DNA from: Picochlorum sp. SENEW3
Taxonomy: Eukaryota
Direction of reading: 5' to 3'
DNA length: 64,000 nucleotides
NCBI GenBank assembly: GCA_034226945.1
Contig: CP120464.1
Span: forward strand, 1-64,000
The notes beneath the pieces were generated by a model that saw only the letters and a program-made list of their open reading frames with translations, was not told where the DNA came from and did not search any database. Made by a program: the position numbers and the translations under genes. Of the stretch, positions 1-11,063 are shown piece by piece (within the stretch, counting starts at the first letter, position 1; every line of letters starts with the position of its first letter).

Positions 1-112
1 GTGAAAGAATTTCAAGCACATCCAGGTGTCCACAATTTGCAGTATCAATGTCATGGGACTCCCTGCTGGATCAATCTCGCCGCACTCCTCCTACTATTAT
101 TGTAGTAGTATA

Positions 113-1239
113 TTATTGTTGTTGTTGTTGTTGCCCGGTAAATCCAGGCATGGCTGGCCCAGGGTAGAGTGGTTGTGGAGCACTGGGAAATGCTGCTGGG
201 GCTGCCATGGGCGGCATGGCATATGCGGGAGCATATCCCGGATGGACCGCCATTCGTGCACCCACTGCCATATTACCATTCGATGGGATACGAGGACTCT
301 GCTTCTGCTTGTATCCGAATGGATTCTTGCTAAACTGAACTCTGATGGCACCCCGGTCAGAGGACTCGAGAACCAGCCCCTGATGCTGTTTATGGCACTC
401 GATAGCAGACTTTGTGTCTGCAAATTCAATAAAGGCTGATATGCCCTTCGATGTCCTTGCAATCTTGAGTTGCTGGAACCCTGGCTGCTTTCCAAACACG
501 TGGTTCAATTCATCTTCGCTGACACCTTCCGTCAAGTTGCCTATGAACAAGGTATTGCAAGGCGGATTATCCTTCTCTCCTTTGCTCCCACCCACTGGTC
601 GAAACTGCAACGGTGGGGCCACAACAGCGGCACCTGGTGCAAAGGCATACGCCGGTCCACCAGGAAAGATTGGAACCTGCTGTTGCTGCTGCTGCGCATC
701 CATCTGATCCATCACCACACCATTCCCATTCATAGCCACATTCACATCGTGCTGATGATTGTTATTCGGCTGCAAAGACGCTTCCCCTGGTTGTTCACCA
801 GTAGATTGATCCAGAGCTTCTTCTCCAACAACACGCGCTGTCAGGGTAACATTCTCGTCAAACTCGCACCCATATATGCATCGTACAGCATGTTTGGCAG
901 AGAAGACCTCGTTGAACACCAGTGTCCCTGTCACGTGGCTGTCCTTCCGTTCAACCTTGCAATCCTGTAGTAGCGTAAGACCACCGTCAGAAACCACGCA
1001 CGGGAACCCATCACATGCAATAAAAAACATGGTTGATATAGTAGTAGTACCTGAAAGCCAGGGAGAAAGCGAGCGAAATTTCGAATCTCCCGATCACGCA
1101 CATCCACAGGAAACCCCTCGACGACGACATCTACCGACTGTGCGAATCCTTGGTTGGGAGGATATACTGCATACGTTGCCAATGTCTCCTGAGGCAGTGC
1201 TGCAGTATACGCCACATCGTATGGCGTCGCTAGCATCAT
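113..1239 (-). CDS. Two-RRM RNA-binding protein (RBPMS/couch potato/U1A-like), 2 exons (1239-1051, 964-113)
   Basis: RRM1 'VVVEGFPVDVRDREIRNFARFLPGFQ|DCKV' joined by GT-AG intron 1050-965; RRM2 'NPPCNTLFIGNL...AFIEF...IRVQFSKNPFG'; Q/P/A-rich tails. Confidence 0.8.
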
Positions 1240-1530
1240 TGTCGTTTGGGCCCTCCGGGTTCCTTCTCGTCAAAGAATCTCTTGTTGGGTTGAATATGAC
1301 TCGTATAGTACAGATATATGACAAGAAAAACTAAAATCAATTTATATAATGGCCTTCCAAGGGGGAATTCGCGTGCAAGACCTCTGCACCTGCCATGGTG
1401 CCTAGAGATGGTGGGAACATCAGCTTTATTTCCCTCTGTGGAGTGGAGAGACAAGATATGAGCGAGTGATTGATAGTGCGACCATTTACACAGTAGAGTA
1501 GGGTAGAAGAATTCAACAACAGAGTCAATC

Positions 1531-2457
1531 TTACTTGGCTGAGAAGGCTGGATGTTCAAGGATGGCCTCAAAGAGTCGAGTGCCACGGAGCGCATTGGTC
1601 AATGGCAAATGTCCCTTTGGTGCATCAGCCTCGTACTTGAATTCCTGAGGCCATTTTCTGTAAACATCATTCTCTCCTTGCACCCAATCGATTGCTCTGA
1701 AGAAGCGGATCCACTGTCTCCTATTCTGAATCCACATCTGTCTCTGCACTTTGTATCCAAACTTTCCATTGCTTGCTGCCGACCAGAGGGCATCCATGGT
1801 GGTCATATCTTCGACTGGAATTTTTTTCACTTCTGACCAGTACACCCAGTTTCTCTCCTGTGCTCCAGGGCCAGCAGCTTCGATGAGCTTGGCACGGGTC
1901 TCATCTTCTGCCTCCCTCCACTTTTGCTCGGCGAGCAAATCTCTCAACGCAGTGTAGTCTACACCTACTCCGCTCTTCAGCTCCACATCCTTGATATCCA
2001 CTTTGGAGACGGAGCTCGAGGACGTGCGGGATGGCATGCCACCAAGCCCAGCTGGGGGAGCTGCTCCGAGGAGAGAAGATCCCGAAGCACTGCTGCTGCT
2101 ACCACTTTGTTTATTGCTATCGCTTTTAGCATCCTTTGTATTCGTTGATGAGGGCGTTGGTGTACCTCCTAACAATGAAGAACCACTACGTGGAGCACCA
2201 CCCAACAGGGAGGATCCAGACACACTGCTGCTGCTGCTGCTGCTTCCCGACGAGCCTTCTCCTTCTGCCCGCACGCACACTCGCGGATACCCAGAATATG
2301 TCCTCTGATATGTACTAATGGTCTTGGTTGAGGACCCATATCCCATACAGGTCGTACGGTGAGGCACTCTGCGTCCAACAAAGGGCGACGTGTTCCATCG
2401 AACACCTCCTGACTGTAATGCCTGCATTGATCGTGTATTGCCCTGTTTGGATGACAC
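1531..2457 (-). CDS. GUN4: Tetrapyrrole-binding protein GUN4, chloroplastic
   Basis: VDYTALRDLL...WSAASNGKFGYKVQ...PKGHLPLTNALRGTRL GUN4 core; Ser/Arg-rich transit peptide. Confidence 0.92.
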   Translation of the reverse strand: MSSKQGNTRSMQALQSGGVRWNTSPFVGRRVPHRTTCMGYGSSTKTISTYQRTYSGYPRVCVRAEGEGSSGSSSSSSSVSGSSLLGGAPRSGSSLLGGTPTPSSTNTKDAKSDSNKQSGSSSSASGSSLLGAAPPAGLGGMPSRTSSSSVSKVDIKDVELKSGVGVDYTALRDLLAEQKWREAEDETRAKLIEAAGPGAQERNWVYWSEVKKIPVEDMTTMDALWSAASNGKFGYKVQRQMWIQNRRQWIRFFRAIDWVQGENDVYRKWPQEFKYEADAPKGHLPLTNALRGTRLFEAILEHPAFSAK

Positions 2458-2787
2458 TAGATAATGTAGTTTTTATTTCTGTCTTCGGAAGCTGCGTTTA
2501 GGGTCTCAAATAGGTGCCATTACCCAGTCTTATCTTGGTAGGAGATCGGATACAGTCAGAGAGACAGACTTATTCGGTAAAATGCAAACTTGTTTCCTTT
2601 CTTGCTCCCTTTACTCCATGCTTCTTGCATTTTATATACAATTGATGTATATATTGGGTATTGGAGACCGTTAAGGGTAGGTTTGTTGGTAGACTGCCAC
2701 GATATACTTCAATCAATGTAAATCATGAAAAAGACATGATTCACGCGGCATAGTAGTACGATACAGTATCGTGTCGAGGATCCAAAC

Positions 2788-4251
2788 ATGTCCTTTAGTG
2801 GATATTATCCTTTGGGGTTGAGATCGAAGGATCAGGAGGCTGCTGTGGTTGTTCCGGACTCTATTGGCCCTGAAGGGGAGGAGGTTACCACGGGCTATAG
2901 GGAGGAGAATCAATGGGGGTTGTACCAGACATGCGACAAGGTTCGAGAAAGTCATAGGAAGAAGCGTTTGGGGGAGGAGGAGGAGGAGGAGCAGGAGGAG
3001 GAGGAGCAAGGCATGATGAGAAATCCCCAAAAGGTTATTGATGGTCTCATGGAGGTTCGGTCTGAGCTGGATATTGTGATGGATATTGTTCAGGTGGCAG
3101 AAGAGCAGCAGTTTTTGTCATTGACACATATACCTCACACGGTTGATGCGAGGGTTGCTGCGAGACAGGACATGGTGCGGCAAGGGCTCAAGAGGCAGCA
3201 ATTGAAAGCTATCGCACAGAGGTTGCAGGAAGCGTCGGGGGAATTGAAAAAGTCGTACATGGATATAAGATTTTTAGATGAGGTGAGGGAGCTGAGGAAG
3301 AGATGGCTGGTGAAGGAATATAGGGTTGCTGGGGGCAATGTGTTGAAGGAGGATTGTGTGTGTGTTGACATCTCCTTCAGCGTTGAGAGGGAGGATGAGT
3401 CAATGGTGGGCGATAGAGATTCTTTAGGAAAGCATAAATTTGTGATTGCGGCTGGACAGGATGGAGAGGCGTGTGCTCTGCTGCCACATGTTCAGGAGGA
3501 TGAGAAGGAAAATGTTGTTGTGGTTGGATGGCAACAGATCGACAAGGCGCTGCGCCGCCTACAGATGAGGAGGGCGTGGAAGTATATTAATGCGAGACTA
3601 GAATCAGAATCGGAGAGATTGTCTCAGTCGTTGGGGATACACCCTGAAGTCCATGCTGCTGTCATGCGACTGGCTGCACAGTCCAGCACCGATGACTGCC
3701 CCATGGACATGGAGCCGGACGGGTATCATGCGGTATCTGGGTATAAAGATGTGCACGAATTCTCCATGACTGATCTGTGCGCGTCTCTATTCAAGGAAAA
3801 GGCGCTGTCCATGTTGGCAGAAGCAATCACATGGCATAGAGTCCCTTTGATTGTTCGTCAGGCAACCCCCACGAAGCCGAAAAGCTTCCTCGAAGACATG
3901 TGTATATGGATTACAAATGTCTCTTTGTGGTATGATGTATCCAACCGTGTGGCAGCGGCAGGAAATCCGTCGGCGACGCTGGATGATTTTGTTCACAGAC
4001 TGTCTTCACTGTCCAAGGGCATTCGTGCTTCGGTGATGTTGTACAGTGGATCTGATCCAGAAGCGTTGGTTGGATCCATTCAAATGAAGGAAAATGGCTC
4101 AATGGTGTGGGAAGCTGCCGTGGATCAGGATAAAAGCATCACCGGCATGCACTCTGGAATGAACATGGGTCGACTGGAAGTGACACACATTGTCCGAGAG
4201 GTCATCAAGGATGGCCCCTGTCGAATCCAGATAAAATACGGCGAGGAATGA
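2788..4251 (+). CDS. MED17: Probable Mediator subunit 17
   Basis: 487-aa intronless ORF; 'EVRSELDIVMDIV...LKRQQLKAIAQRLQEAS...FLDEVRELRKRWLVK' resembles the MED17 N-terminal helices as I recall them. Confidence 0.55.
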   Translation: MSFSGYYPLGLRSKDQEAAVVVPDSIGPEGEEVTTGYREENQWGLYQTCDKVRESHRKKRLGEEEEEEQEEEEQGMMRNPQKVIDGLMEVRSELDIVMDIVQVAEEQQFLSLTHIPHTVDARVAARQDMVRQGLKRQQLKAIAQRLQEASGELKKSYMDIRFLDEVRELRKRWLVKEYRVAGGNVLKEDCVCVDISFSVEREDESMVGDRDSLGKHKFVIAAGQDGEACALLPHVQEDEKENVVVVGWQQIDKALRRLQMRRAWKYINARLESESERLSQSLGIHPEVHAAVMRLAAQSSTDDCPMDMEPDGYHAVSGYKDVHEFSMTDLCASLFKEKALSMLAEAITWHRVPLIVRQATPTKPKSFLEDMCIWITNVSLWYDVSNRVAAAGNPSATLDDFVHRLSSLSKGIRASVMLYSGSDPEALVGSIQMKENGSMVWEAAVDQDKSITGMHSGMNMGRLEVTHIVREVIKDGPCRIQIKYGEE

Positions 4252-4292
4252 TACCCCTCTATAACAGTAATAATATAATTATTTATTGTAAG

Positions 4293-5225
4293 ATGATGAA
4301 TCCAGGTTGTATGGCGGTTGGGTTTGCAGAAAGTGAGTTAACATGCAGACCAGAAAGTTCAACAACTCGCAAGGATCCTCGAGCTTTTATCCTGCTCCAT
4401 AGGAACAAAATAGTATCACATCCTTCTCAGAAATTGGAATTTTCAGCGGATGAGCTGGAAGGCCTCGGGAAGAGCAATCTTTGTGTCGAAGAAGGAGAAG
4501 AACACCACATGTATCTTGGTCATGACCATTCTGGAGTGGCGTACTTTGCCATCGACCTTGGAGATGATTATAATATCGATGAAGCGTTCGAGTTACATGA
4601 CGTGAGGTCGTTGATGAATGAATGCACGTCACGAGTGGCAATGTCTAGGGCTGGGCTTGCAGTGGCACTTGGTCGGTGGCACTCTAGGACGAGATTTTGT
4701 TCTCGCTGCGGCACAAAAACAATGCCTCACAAGCGAGGTACTCGTAGAATCTGCGAAAATGGCCACACGCAATATCCCAGGACGGATCCCGTCGCTATCG
4801 TTGCAGTAGAGCACCCTGAAGGCCACTCACTGTTGCTTGGTCGGAGCCAGAAAATTGTGAACAAGAATATGCTCACATGCTTGTCTGGTTTCGTCGATTT
4901 TGGTGAGACAGTTCAGCAAGCAGCTGCCAGAGAAGTTCGGGAGGAATCTGGAGTCCTTGTGGACAGAGTTGAAATGATCTGCTCACAGCCCTGGCCACTT
5001 GGTCGTGGGGGAAACCATGAGATTATGATTGGATGCTATGCCATTGCAACAACAACAGACATTTTCATGGATCCTGAAGAAATGGATATTGTACGTTGGG
5101 TCCACTTTCGAGACATTAAAAGGGCGATACAGGAGGAAACGACCGAGTTTCAAATTCCTCCTGCCTATGCACTAGCACACTCTCTTCTCACTTGGTGGGT
5201 CGAGAAAAAGTCCTTCAAGTTGTAG
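4293..5225 (+). CDS. NADH pyrophosphatase, NudC/NUDT12-type Nudix hydrolase (alternative in-frame ATG at 4248)
   Basis: Zn ribbon RFCSRCG...C...YPRTDP, Nudix box GFVDFGETVQQAAAREVREESG, SQPWP motif. Confidence 0.9.
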   Translation: MMNPGCMAVGFAESELTCRPESSTTRKDPRAFILLHRNKIVSHPSQKLEFSADELEGLGKSNLCVEEGEEHHMYLGHDHSGVAYFAIDLGDDYNIDEAFELHDVRSLMNECTSRVAMSRAGLAVALGRWHSRTRFCSRCGTKTMPHKRGTRRICENGHTQYPRTDPVAIVAVEHPEGHSLLLGRSQKIVNKNMLTCLSGFVDFGETVQQAAAREVREESGVLVDRVEMICSQPWPLGRGGNHEIMIGCYAIATTTDIFMDPEEMDIVRWVHFRDIKRAIQEETTEFQIPPAYALAHSLLTWWVEKKSFKL

Positions 5226-5238
5226 TCAATGTCAACGA

Positions 5239-5241
5239 AAA

Positions 5242-5274
<33 letters not shown>
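5239..5274. repeat. (AAAT)9 microsatellite between convergent genes
   Basis: Nine perfect AAAT units. Confidence 0.95.
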
Positions 5275-5277
<3 letters not shown>

Positions 5278-5290
5278 CAAGTACGCAAGA

Positions 5291-5815
5291 TCATTCGTGC
5301 AGCCACAAATGATCGTGTAATTGCTGTGCATTTGCTCCAAAAAACTGGTCCACCTTTTTTCCTCTTCTGTAGACAGCAAAGGTTGGCGTATATTCCACGC
5401 CCTGGGCACCTTCAGACAGGTAGTCAACCTGTGCAACACCATATTTCAGAGAGTCGAACAACTTTGACAGGGCAATCATGTGAGGGAACATTTCATGACA
5501 GTGGGTGCACCAAGATGACCCAAAGTTCACAACAGCAGTGTCTTTCCTCGTCTTGAACAGAAACTGTTCCATATCGTCGTCAGTCCGAATACCGGACATG
5601 TTTGGAAGAATCTTTTGCAATGGACAAGCCTTCTTAACAGGCTGCGTGATACACAAACGGTGTGTGAGAAGAGGTCAGTACCTACTCACGTTTTTTCCGC
5701 ACAGAGCAGCCCAGTACTGTATACTCACCTTTCTACGCGACCATGACACTGGTTTAAATCTTTTAGATGGCCGATCGGTCCTCGATGCCGCCAGCCAAGA
5801 CCAACTGTCGAGCAT
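5291..5815 (-). CDS. Thioredoxin-like protein (WCTHC), 2 exons (5815-5729, 5641-5291)
   Basis: VVNFGSSWCTHC active site, YTPTFAVYRRGKKVDQFFGAN; in-frame GTGAG...CAG intron 5728-5642. Confidence 0.85.
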
Positions 5816-6132
5816 TTCACCGTGTTGTTGGGTTCAGGGGAAAAGCAACAAAGGCCAAGCGTTTGCAATGATATCTCAATCACAGATGGATAGTAGTGTG
5901 AAGAGATACACTACATGTTCTTTTAATTCTTTCGAAATTCATAGGCAAAGATCGAGATGACAAAGATTTGGGAAGAACGCCATATCAGACATCATCGGTC
6001 AGTAAAGGGATTTGATGGGTTACGATGCTCAAACTATCCTCAGCCATTCGATGATGCATTCCGATTGATTGAATGGCCGATGTGAACAATGCGCCAGTAT
6101 ATTTTATCATACATACCAGATTCAACTTCAAA

Positions 6133-6804
6133 ATGAATTGCATCGGCGTGAGCAAGGCAACTCGTGGTGTTTCCGCAGCAGCCCAGTGTTGCCCAAGAGC
6201 AACCAGCGGTGCACTCCCAAGATCCCACAATGCGACTAGATCGTTGGTGGCGAAATCATCATTCATGTCTCATAATAGCAATAGAATGCTCCGGATGAGA
6301 AAGGTTGGTGGTCAGGCACGCCTCTCTGGCAGGCTAACAGCAGTGTCTCCAAGAGCTGAAATCTCCTACATTATGATCAAACCAGATGGAGTGCAGCGCG
6401 CACTTGTCGGGGAAATCATCTCTCGTTTTGAAAAGAAAGGATTCAAGCTTATTGGGTTGAAGATGATGCAGTGCACAAAGGAGATTGCAGAGGAGCATTA
6501 CAAGGACTTGAGCAGCAAGCCATTTTTCCCAGCCTTGGTCGAGTACATCTTGTCTGGGCCCGTGGTGTGCATGGTGTGGGAAGGTGATGGCGTGGTAAAA
6601 TCTGCTAGAAAGTTGATTGGAGCAACAAACCCTCTGGAATCCGAGCCAGGAACCATTAGAGGTGACTTTGCCATTCAGGTGGGCAGGAACGTGGTGCACG
6701 GATCTGACAGTCCAGAGAATGGAGAGCGCGAAACCGCAATTTGGTTTGGAAACGAAGGGCTTGTGTCCTGGGAGAGCACGTTGACTCCTTGGTTGATCGA
6801 GTAA
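6133..6804 (+). CDS. NDK: Nucleoside diphosphate kinase, organelle (probably chloroplast) targeted
   Basis: [28 protein letters not shown] catalytic His motif; N-terminal transit peptide; upstream ATG 6073 also possible. Confidence 0.95.
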   Translation: MNCIGVSKATRGVSAAAQCCPRATSGALPRSHNATRSLVAKSSFMSHNSNRMLRMRKVGGQARLSGRLTAVSPRAEISYIMIKPDGVQRALVGEIISRFEKKGFKLIGLKMMQCTKEIAEEHYKDLSSKPFFPALVEYILSGPVVCMVWEGDGVVKSARKLIGATNPLESEPGTIRGDFAIQVGRNVVHGSDSPENGERETAIWFGNEGLVSWESTLTPWLIE

Positions 6805-6834
6805 TTTTGAAATTTTGTAACAACAAGAGCCAAA

Positions 6835-8472
6835 TCACAAAGGCACCGTTAGAGAGAGTAAGATCCATGCCAAGCTCCATCTGTAGAGCAATAGACATGC
6901 GGCTAATGATGATATAAATGCAGAGAAGGCAGCCTTGGTAGCACGAATGTCTCCAGCACGATGTCGCCTGGTGGTGGTTTTATCCTTCTGTGGAGCAGCC
7001 CACAACTCTGCCCAGTGTGCACAAAACTTCCACAACACAACCATGACGACAATCATCATGCATAGATTGCGAAAAACGCTCCACACTGTTCCGAAAGAGT
7101 ACAGTATTGTTTTCCCGTTCACAATGTACGAAACAGCCATGGCCTGTATTGCGCAATACAGGCCAAGAAGAGACATGAGAATCAGGACAGCTGCTCCTAC
7201 TGCCGAATCCCAGGCAATACTCTTGTTCTTCTCTGACATTACACGTGTCACTGAACGGTAGCTTTTCAGACACTGTGCCATGAATAGGAGTCCAGGGCAC
7301 ACCATGTACACTCCAATATCAATCACAGAGACTGGACCTGCCAAAGCATAGAGCGCTGTGGAGTGATGCAACCTCTCCTGAAGATTATTCAATGCTCGTA
7401 TCATGCCTTCACACGTTTGCAACATTGATTTCATTCCTTCTATTTCTGATGAGAATTTCTTCGACGCTGCTTTTCTGGAGGATGTAAATTCCACAGTCAG
7501 GGCATCAATGCTTCTCTCCAGCAACAGAGCATGGCCTCCATCAGACAGCCCGAACGCATGTTTCCCCACAAATCGAGCCAAAGATACAACCGAAGAATAA
7601 TATCGCGACAACTCAGTCTCTTTGCCACGTGAACCCTTTTTCTCGGACCACACTGCCAGTTTTGGAGCAAAGAGTTCAATGCTCCTTCGTGCCACTAAAA
7701 ACATGTCAAAATTGGGCACTTGCCCATTCCATCCGTGCATTTTAATCGAAGAAGAATCCATCCAATCCACAGAACCATCCTGTATATCAACAATAATTGA
7801 TTGTTGTATCTGTCCTACCCTCCTATCCTGAGGCATGATGGACAACAGGTCATCCATTGCCAGGTGGATACCTGCATACTTTGAAACATCCACATATGCA
7901 ACAATCACATTCTTCGCCAGCCATTCCTGATCTTGGAGATACCAAGAAAGGCCATGACCGACAGACATGGCCAGACTCGCCGCACTGGCTCCATCATCTG
8001 TACTGCACCTCATTGGGAACACGAGCAGAATGCTCTCCGTCCCATCAGACCGAGTCCCTTCCACGACATCATACACATATGCCGTACTATTATATCTACC
8101 ATCACGATTCCATGCCAAACGATGCTGCCGATTCCTCGCATCACTCTTCCAATGCATGCCATCCCACAACACCCTGGCCTCATGCCCCACATCCACCACC
8201 ATTCCTTCGTTCCGCCTCTGAGACAGCCTTGATGCCAACCGAGATCGCAATGCAACAACCTCTGATGCTCTTGTCACTCCACACTGAGGATATGCCACCC
8301 CTAGCTGCAACGCCTTCTCATCAATACGGCCAGGATGAGCAGCAAAAGGCATGCTCATCAGTCCAGGTACAGAGCCACCCATGTACAACAATCCAATCAC
8401 CAACAGCATATTCCTCTGCACCCAACCCCATATCCGATCCAATTTCTCACTCTTCATGGCCATTCTAAACAT
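6835..8472 (-). CDS. GAA1: GPI transamidase component GAA1
   Basis: N-terminal TM, RSDGTESILLV, WLAKNVI, GWNGQVPNFD, RALNNLQERLHHS, multiple C-terminal TMs. Confidence 0.85.
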   Translation of the reverse strand: MFRMAMKSEKLDRIWGWVQRNMLLVIGLLYMGGSVPGLMSMPFAAHPGRIDEKALQLGVAYPQCGVTRASEVVALRSRLASRLSQRRNEGMVVDVGHEARVLWDGMHWKSDARNRQHRLAWNRDGRYNSTAYVYDVVEGTRSDGTESILLVFPMRCSTDDGASAASLAMSVGHGLSWYLQDQEWLAKNVIVAYVDVSKYAGIHLAMDDLLSIMPQDRRVGQIQQSIIVDIQDGSVDWMDSSSIKMHGWNGQVPNFDMFLVARRSIELFAPKLAVWSEKKGSRGKETELSRYYSSVVSLARFVGKHAFGLSDGGHALLLERSIDALTVEFTSSRKAASKKFSSEIEGMKSMLQTCEGMIRALNNLQERLHHSTALYALAGPVSVIDIGVYMVCPGLLFMAQCLKSYRSVTRVMSEKNKSIAWDSAVGAAVLILMSLLGLYCAIQAMAVSYIVNGKTILYSFGTVWSVFRNLCMMIVVMVVLWKFCAHWAELWAAPQKDKTTTRRHRAGDIRATKAAFSAFISSLAACLLLYRWSLAWILLSLTVPL

Positions 8473-8818
8473 ACAAATGACTCATGAAATTCTTTGACGC
8501 ATGTGTGCCTAATTTTTTCAAAGAGTCAGAATGTCAGTCGCGACCATCTCAAGCCATATCGCGCATGGATCTACCACTCTGCTGCTCCCTTGTAAATCTC
8601 AATTTTAATACATACAGCATGCGCTGAGAGACCATGATCAACATGTGCAATGTGGCAGGTGAGATACCATCATCGGTCCTTTCAAAGGCCGTCTCCAACC
8701 GATGCCCTTGTTCACGTTGCATCTTCTGACCTTTTTTAGTCAACACGTGAATCGACAGTAGCCACAAAATCATTCATAATATTTATTATTTAAAATAAAA
8801 TTGCTACATGACAGCAGG

Positions 8819-9103
8819 ATGACGCTGCACGATGAGGTATGTGTGCCATGCATGATTGAACCAACAAACCACACAACGACCTCGTTGCAAACACAATGGG
8901 TACATATACAGGTTGATATTGAGGATATGGACTGGAATGAAGAGTTGCAGGCCTTCACCTACCAGTGTCCGTGCGGTGACCTCTTTCAAATCACACCGGC
9001 TGAGTTGGCAGCTGGGGAGGATATCGCCAGGTGCCCATCATGTTCTTTATTTGTTGCAGTTGTATACGATCCTGAGGATTTTAAACAGAATTTCGCTTTC
9101 TAG
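8819..9103 (+). CDS. DPH3: Diphthamide biosynthesis protein DPH3/KTI11 (CSL zinc finger), 2 exons (8819-8836, 8912-9103)
   Basis: MTLHDE|VDIEDM...YQCPCGDLF...CPSCSL; GTATGT...CAG intron 8837-8911. Confidence 0.92.
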   Translation: MTLHDEVCVPCMIEPTNHTTTSLQTQWVHIQVDIEDMDWNEELQAFTYQCPCGDLFQITPAELAAGEDIARCPSCSLFVAVVYDPEDFKQNFAF

Positions 9104-9154
9104 TAATACCACTCTTTTCATATGAATGAATATGCTTCGTGTAACATTTTGACA

Positions 9155-9754
9155 TCAATCATTCCCCAGCAGCATCTCCATGGCCTTGACCTCATTCCCA
9201 CCACACCTGGACAAGGCATCCATCACGACCCGCTTATCGAAACCCATATCCGTCAGCCTTTGTACTTTTGACACATTGGATACCACCTGATCCCTATGCG
9301 CATACTCTACCGTCCACTCCTTTGCTGTCCTATCGAATGCTGCTTTATCACTCAGATACTGCTTGGCCACCACAGCATCCTGTGGGTTGTTGGGCTCAGG
9401 CGTACTCAACAACGCCTGAAGACTCAGCAGAGCCGTCTTGATCGTCAGAGCAGGAGTCCACTGATCCTTTAAGATATCCAAGCAAATAGCCCCACTCGCA
9501 CTGCTAATATTAGGATGCCATACCTTGGTGATGAACTTCATCTTGGGTGGCACAAACGGATACTGATCGTCCAATTCTATATCAACGTAGAACAAACCAC
9601 CCTCATACGGCGTATCTGTAGGCCCCTCTAGACTCCCAATCATGTATTTAATGGACGAATCGCTCTTCAGCTCCACTGCCACCCCAGACACGCCCTTGTC
9701 CTTTTGTATATTCGAAATCTCCTTTTGCACTCTACCCTGATCCGCTGGCCTCAT
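9155..9754 (-). CDS. Ubiquitin-conjugating enzyme E2 with C-terminal UBA (UBC1/UBE2K/UBC27 type)
   Basis: FITKVWHPNISSASGAICLDILKDQW; UBA 'LTDMGF...AMEMLL'. Confidence 0.93.
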   Translation of the reverse strand: MRPADQGRVQKEISNIQKDKGVSGVAVELKSDSSIKYMIGSLEGPTDTPYEGGLFYVDIELDDQYPFVPPKMKFITKVWHPNISSASGAICLDILKDQWTPALTIKTALLSLQALLSTPEPNNPQDAVVAKQYLSDKAAFDRTAKEWTVEYAHRDQVVSNVSKVQRLTDMGFDKRVVMDALSRCGGNEVKAMEMLLGND

Positions 9755-9935
9755 GGTGATACTGCAGTAGTAAAAATAGAATACAATGTAATGCCTTTCG
9801 TGGCTCACCAGGCCAAGAAGGCTGTTTTTCTTCCTTGTCTTGTTCTCTTCGAGAACGAACAAGAGAAAGAGAGACTGAGCTCGTCAGATTGAAACCCCCT
9901 TGAATCGCTCTTCACGTATACATGACGCGTAGCAT

Positions 9936-9955
9936 TTCAATTCAATTCAATTCAA
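9936..9955. repeat. (TTCAA)4 tandem repeat in divergent intergenic region
   Basis: Four perfect TTCAA units. Confidence 0.85.
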
Positions 9956-10096
9956 CAGTAGTTGCAAGCAATGACATTATTGTTGTTGGGTCGTCCCTTT
10001 CCGTATATAGACAATTTTTTCTCTGCTTGTTGTACGTGAACTCGTGTCGACTTCAAACCATCCATCATACTCTGAAAACATTTTGATTGAGACATC

Positions 10097-10843
10097 ATGA
10101 TGCCCACCACCGTCTCACAGCGACCAAGTGTCGCCAAGACGGGCATCTCTTCCTCCACCACCACACGACATGTCTGTAGAAACTTGTGTGGCCATGGGAG
10201 ACCGAATACCACGATTGCCCTTTCTATAGGACACGATAGAGATGGATTGAAATTCAGCGACGGCACATTGGGATCAAAGCTCGCAAAAGCTTCCATCACA
10301 GCAGCGGCCCTTCTGGCCATACAGTTCTCAACCACAGGAGCAGAGGCCTTGGCCAGATGGGATGGCTCATCAGCAGCCATCGGATCCTGTCCCCTTGGAG
10401 AGGCAGGGGAGGAATGTAGGAAAGGAGAATTGGCCCAGGATGCCATGCTCAACTACTCTCAGGTCAGCGGAAAGGATGCCAACTCCACAAAGGTGGGTGG
10501 CAAAGCCACTGGGGTGCCTGTGTCAGACATGTCAACGTCCGCCTACGCCAAAGACACCAAAGCATTGGCCTCAGCGATCGAGTCGTATGTATCTCTCGAC
10601 CCATACGATGAGCAGCGCGTGGAATTGGTTAAAATGCTCAAGAAGGAAGGCCTGGAGTGGGTTTCCAAGTATGCCAGGGGTGGATCTGCTCGAAAAGTCT
10701 CCGCCAGAACGTTCTACATTGCAATTGATGCCATCCAGGGACACGTAGCATCTAATGGGTATGCTCCATTCCCACGATCGAAAGCCACCAAAGTGTTGGC
10801 CGATGTCAACAAGGCCATGGACTTGCTCGAGTCTGGAAAATAG
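10097..10843 (+). CDS. PSB27: Psb27-family thylakoid lumen photosystem II assembly protein
   Basis: Bipartite transit peptide ending AEALA; YAKDT...WVSKY...FYIAIDAIQGHVASNGYAPFP four-helix Psb27 pattern. Confidence 0.8.
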   Translation: MMPTTVSQRPSVAKTGISSSTTTRHVCRNLCGHGRPNTTIALSIGHDRDGLKFSDGTLGSKLAKASITAAALLAIQFSTTGAEALARWDGSSAAIGSCPLGEAGEECRKGELAQDAMLNYSQVSGKDANSTKVGGKATGVPVSDMSTSAYAKDTKALASAIESYVSLDPYDEQRVELVKMLKKEGLEWVSKYARGGSARKVSARTFYIAIDAIQGHVASNGYAPFPRSKATKVLADVNKAMDLLESGK

Positions 10844-11063
10844 ATGATGATCCGAAGAAAAGAAGAAACAATGCATTCATAAATATCCAATTATTAAAAA
10901 AAAAGAAAAAAGAAAGACCCAATACGCTGTGTGCGGAGAGAGAAACAGAGGGACAACAACGATACCGAATCGTGTCTTGTTTCATACTCCCACAGAGTCG
11001 ATCTGGTCGGTGGATAGAGTCTTTTGTATCTTATTATATTAATGTAGTGATATTGAGAGGAAT

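Noticed and set aside
8652..8674. TGGCAGGTGAGATACCATCATC resembles the 5' region of vertebrate U1 snRNA
   Set aside because: Lacks the ATACTTACC 5' end, the U1A loop and a correctly placed Sm site; likely chance
8549..8773. 74-aa minus-strand ORF between GAA1 and DPH3
   Set aside because: No recognisable motif or convincing splice model; lies in a divergent promoter region
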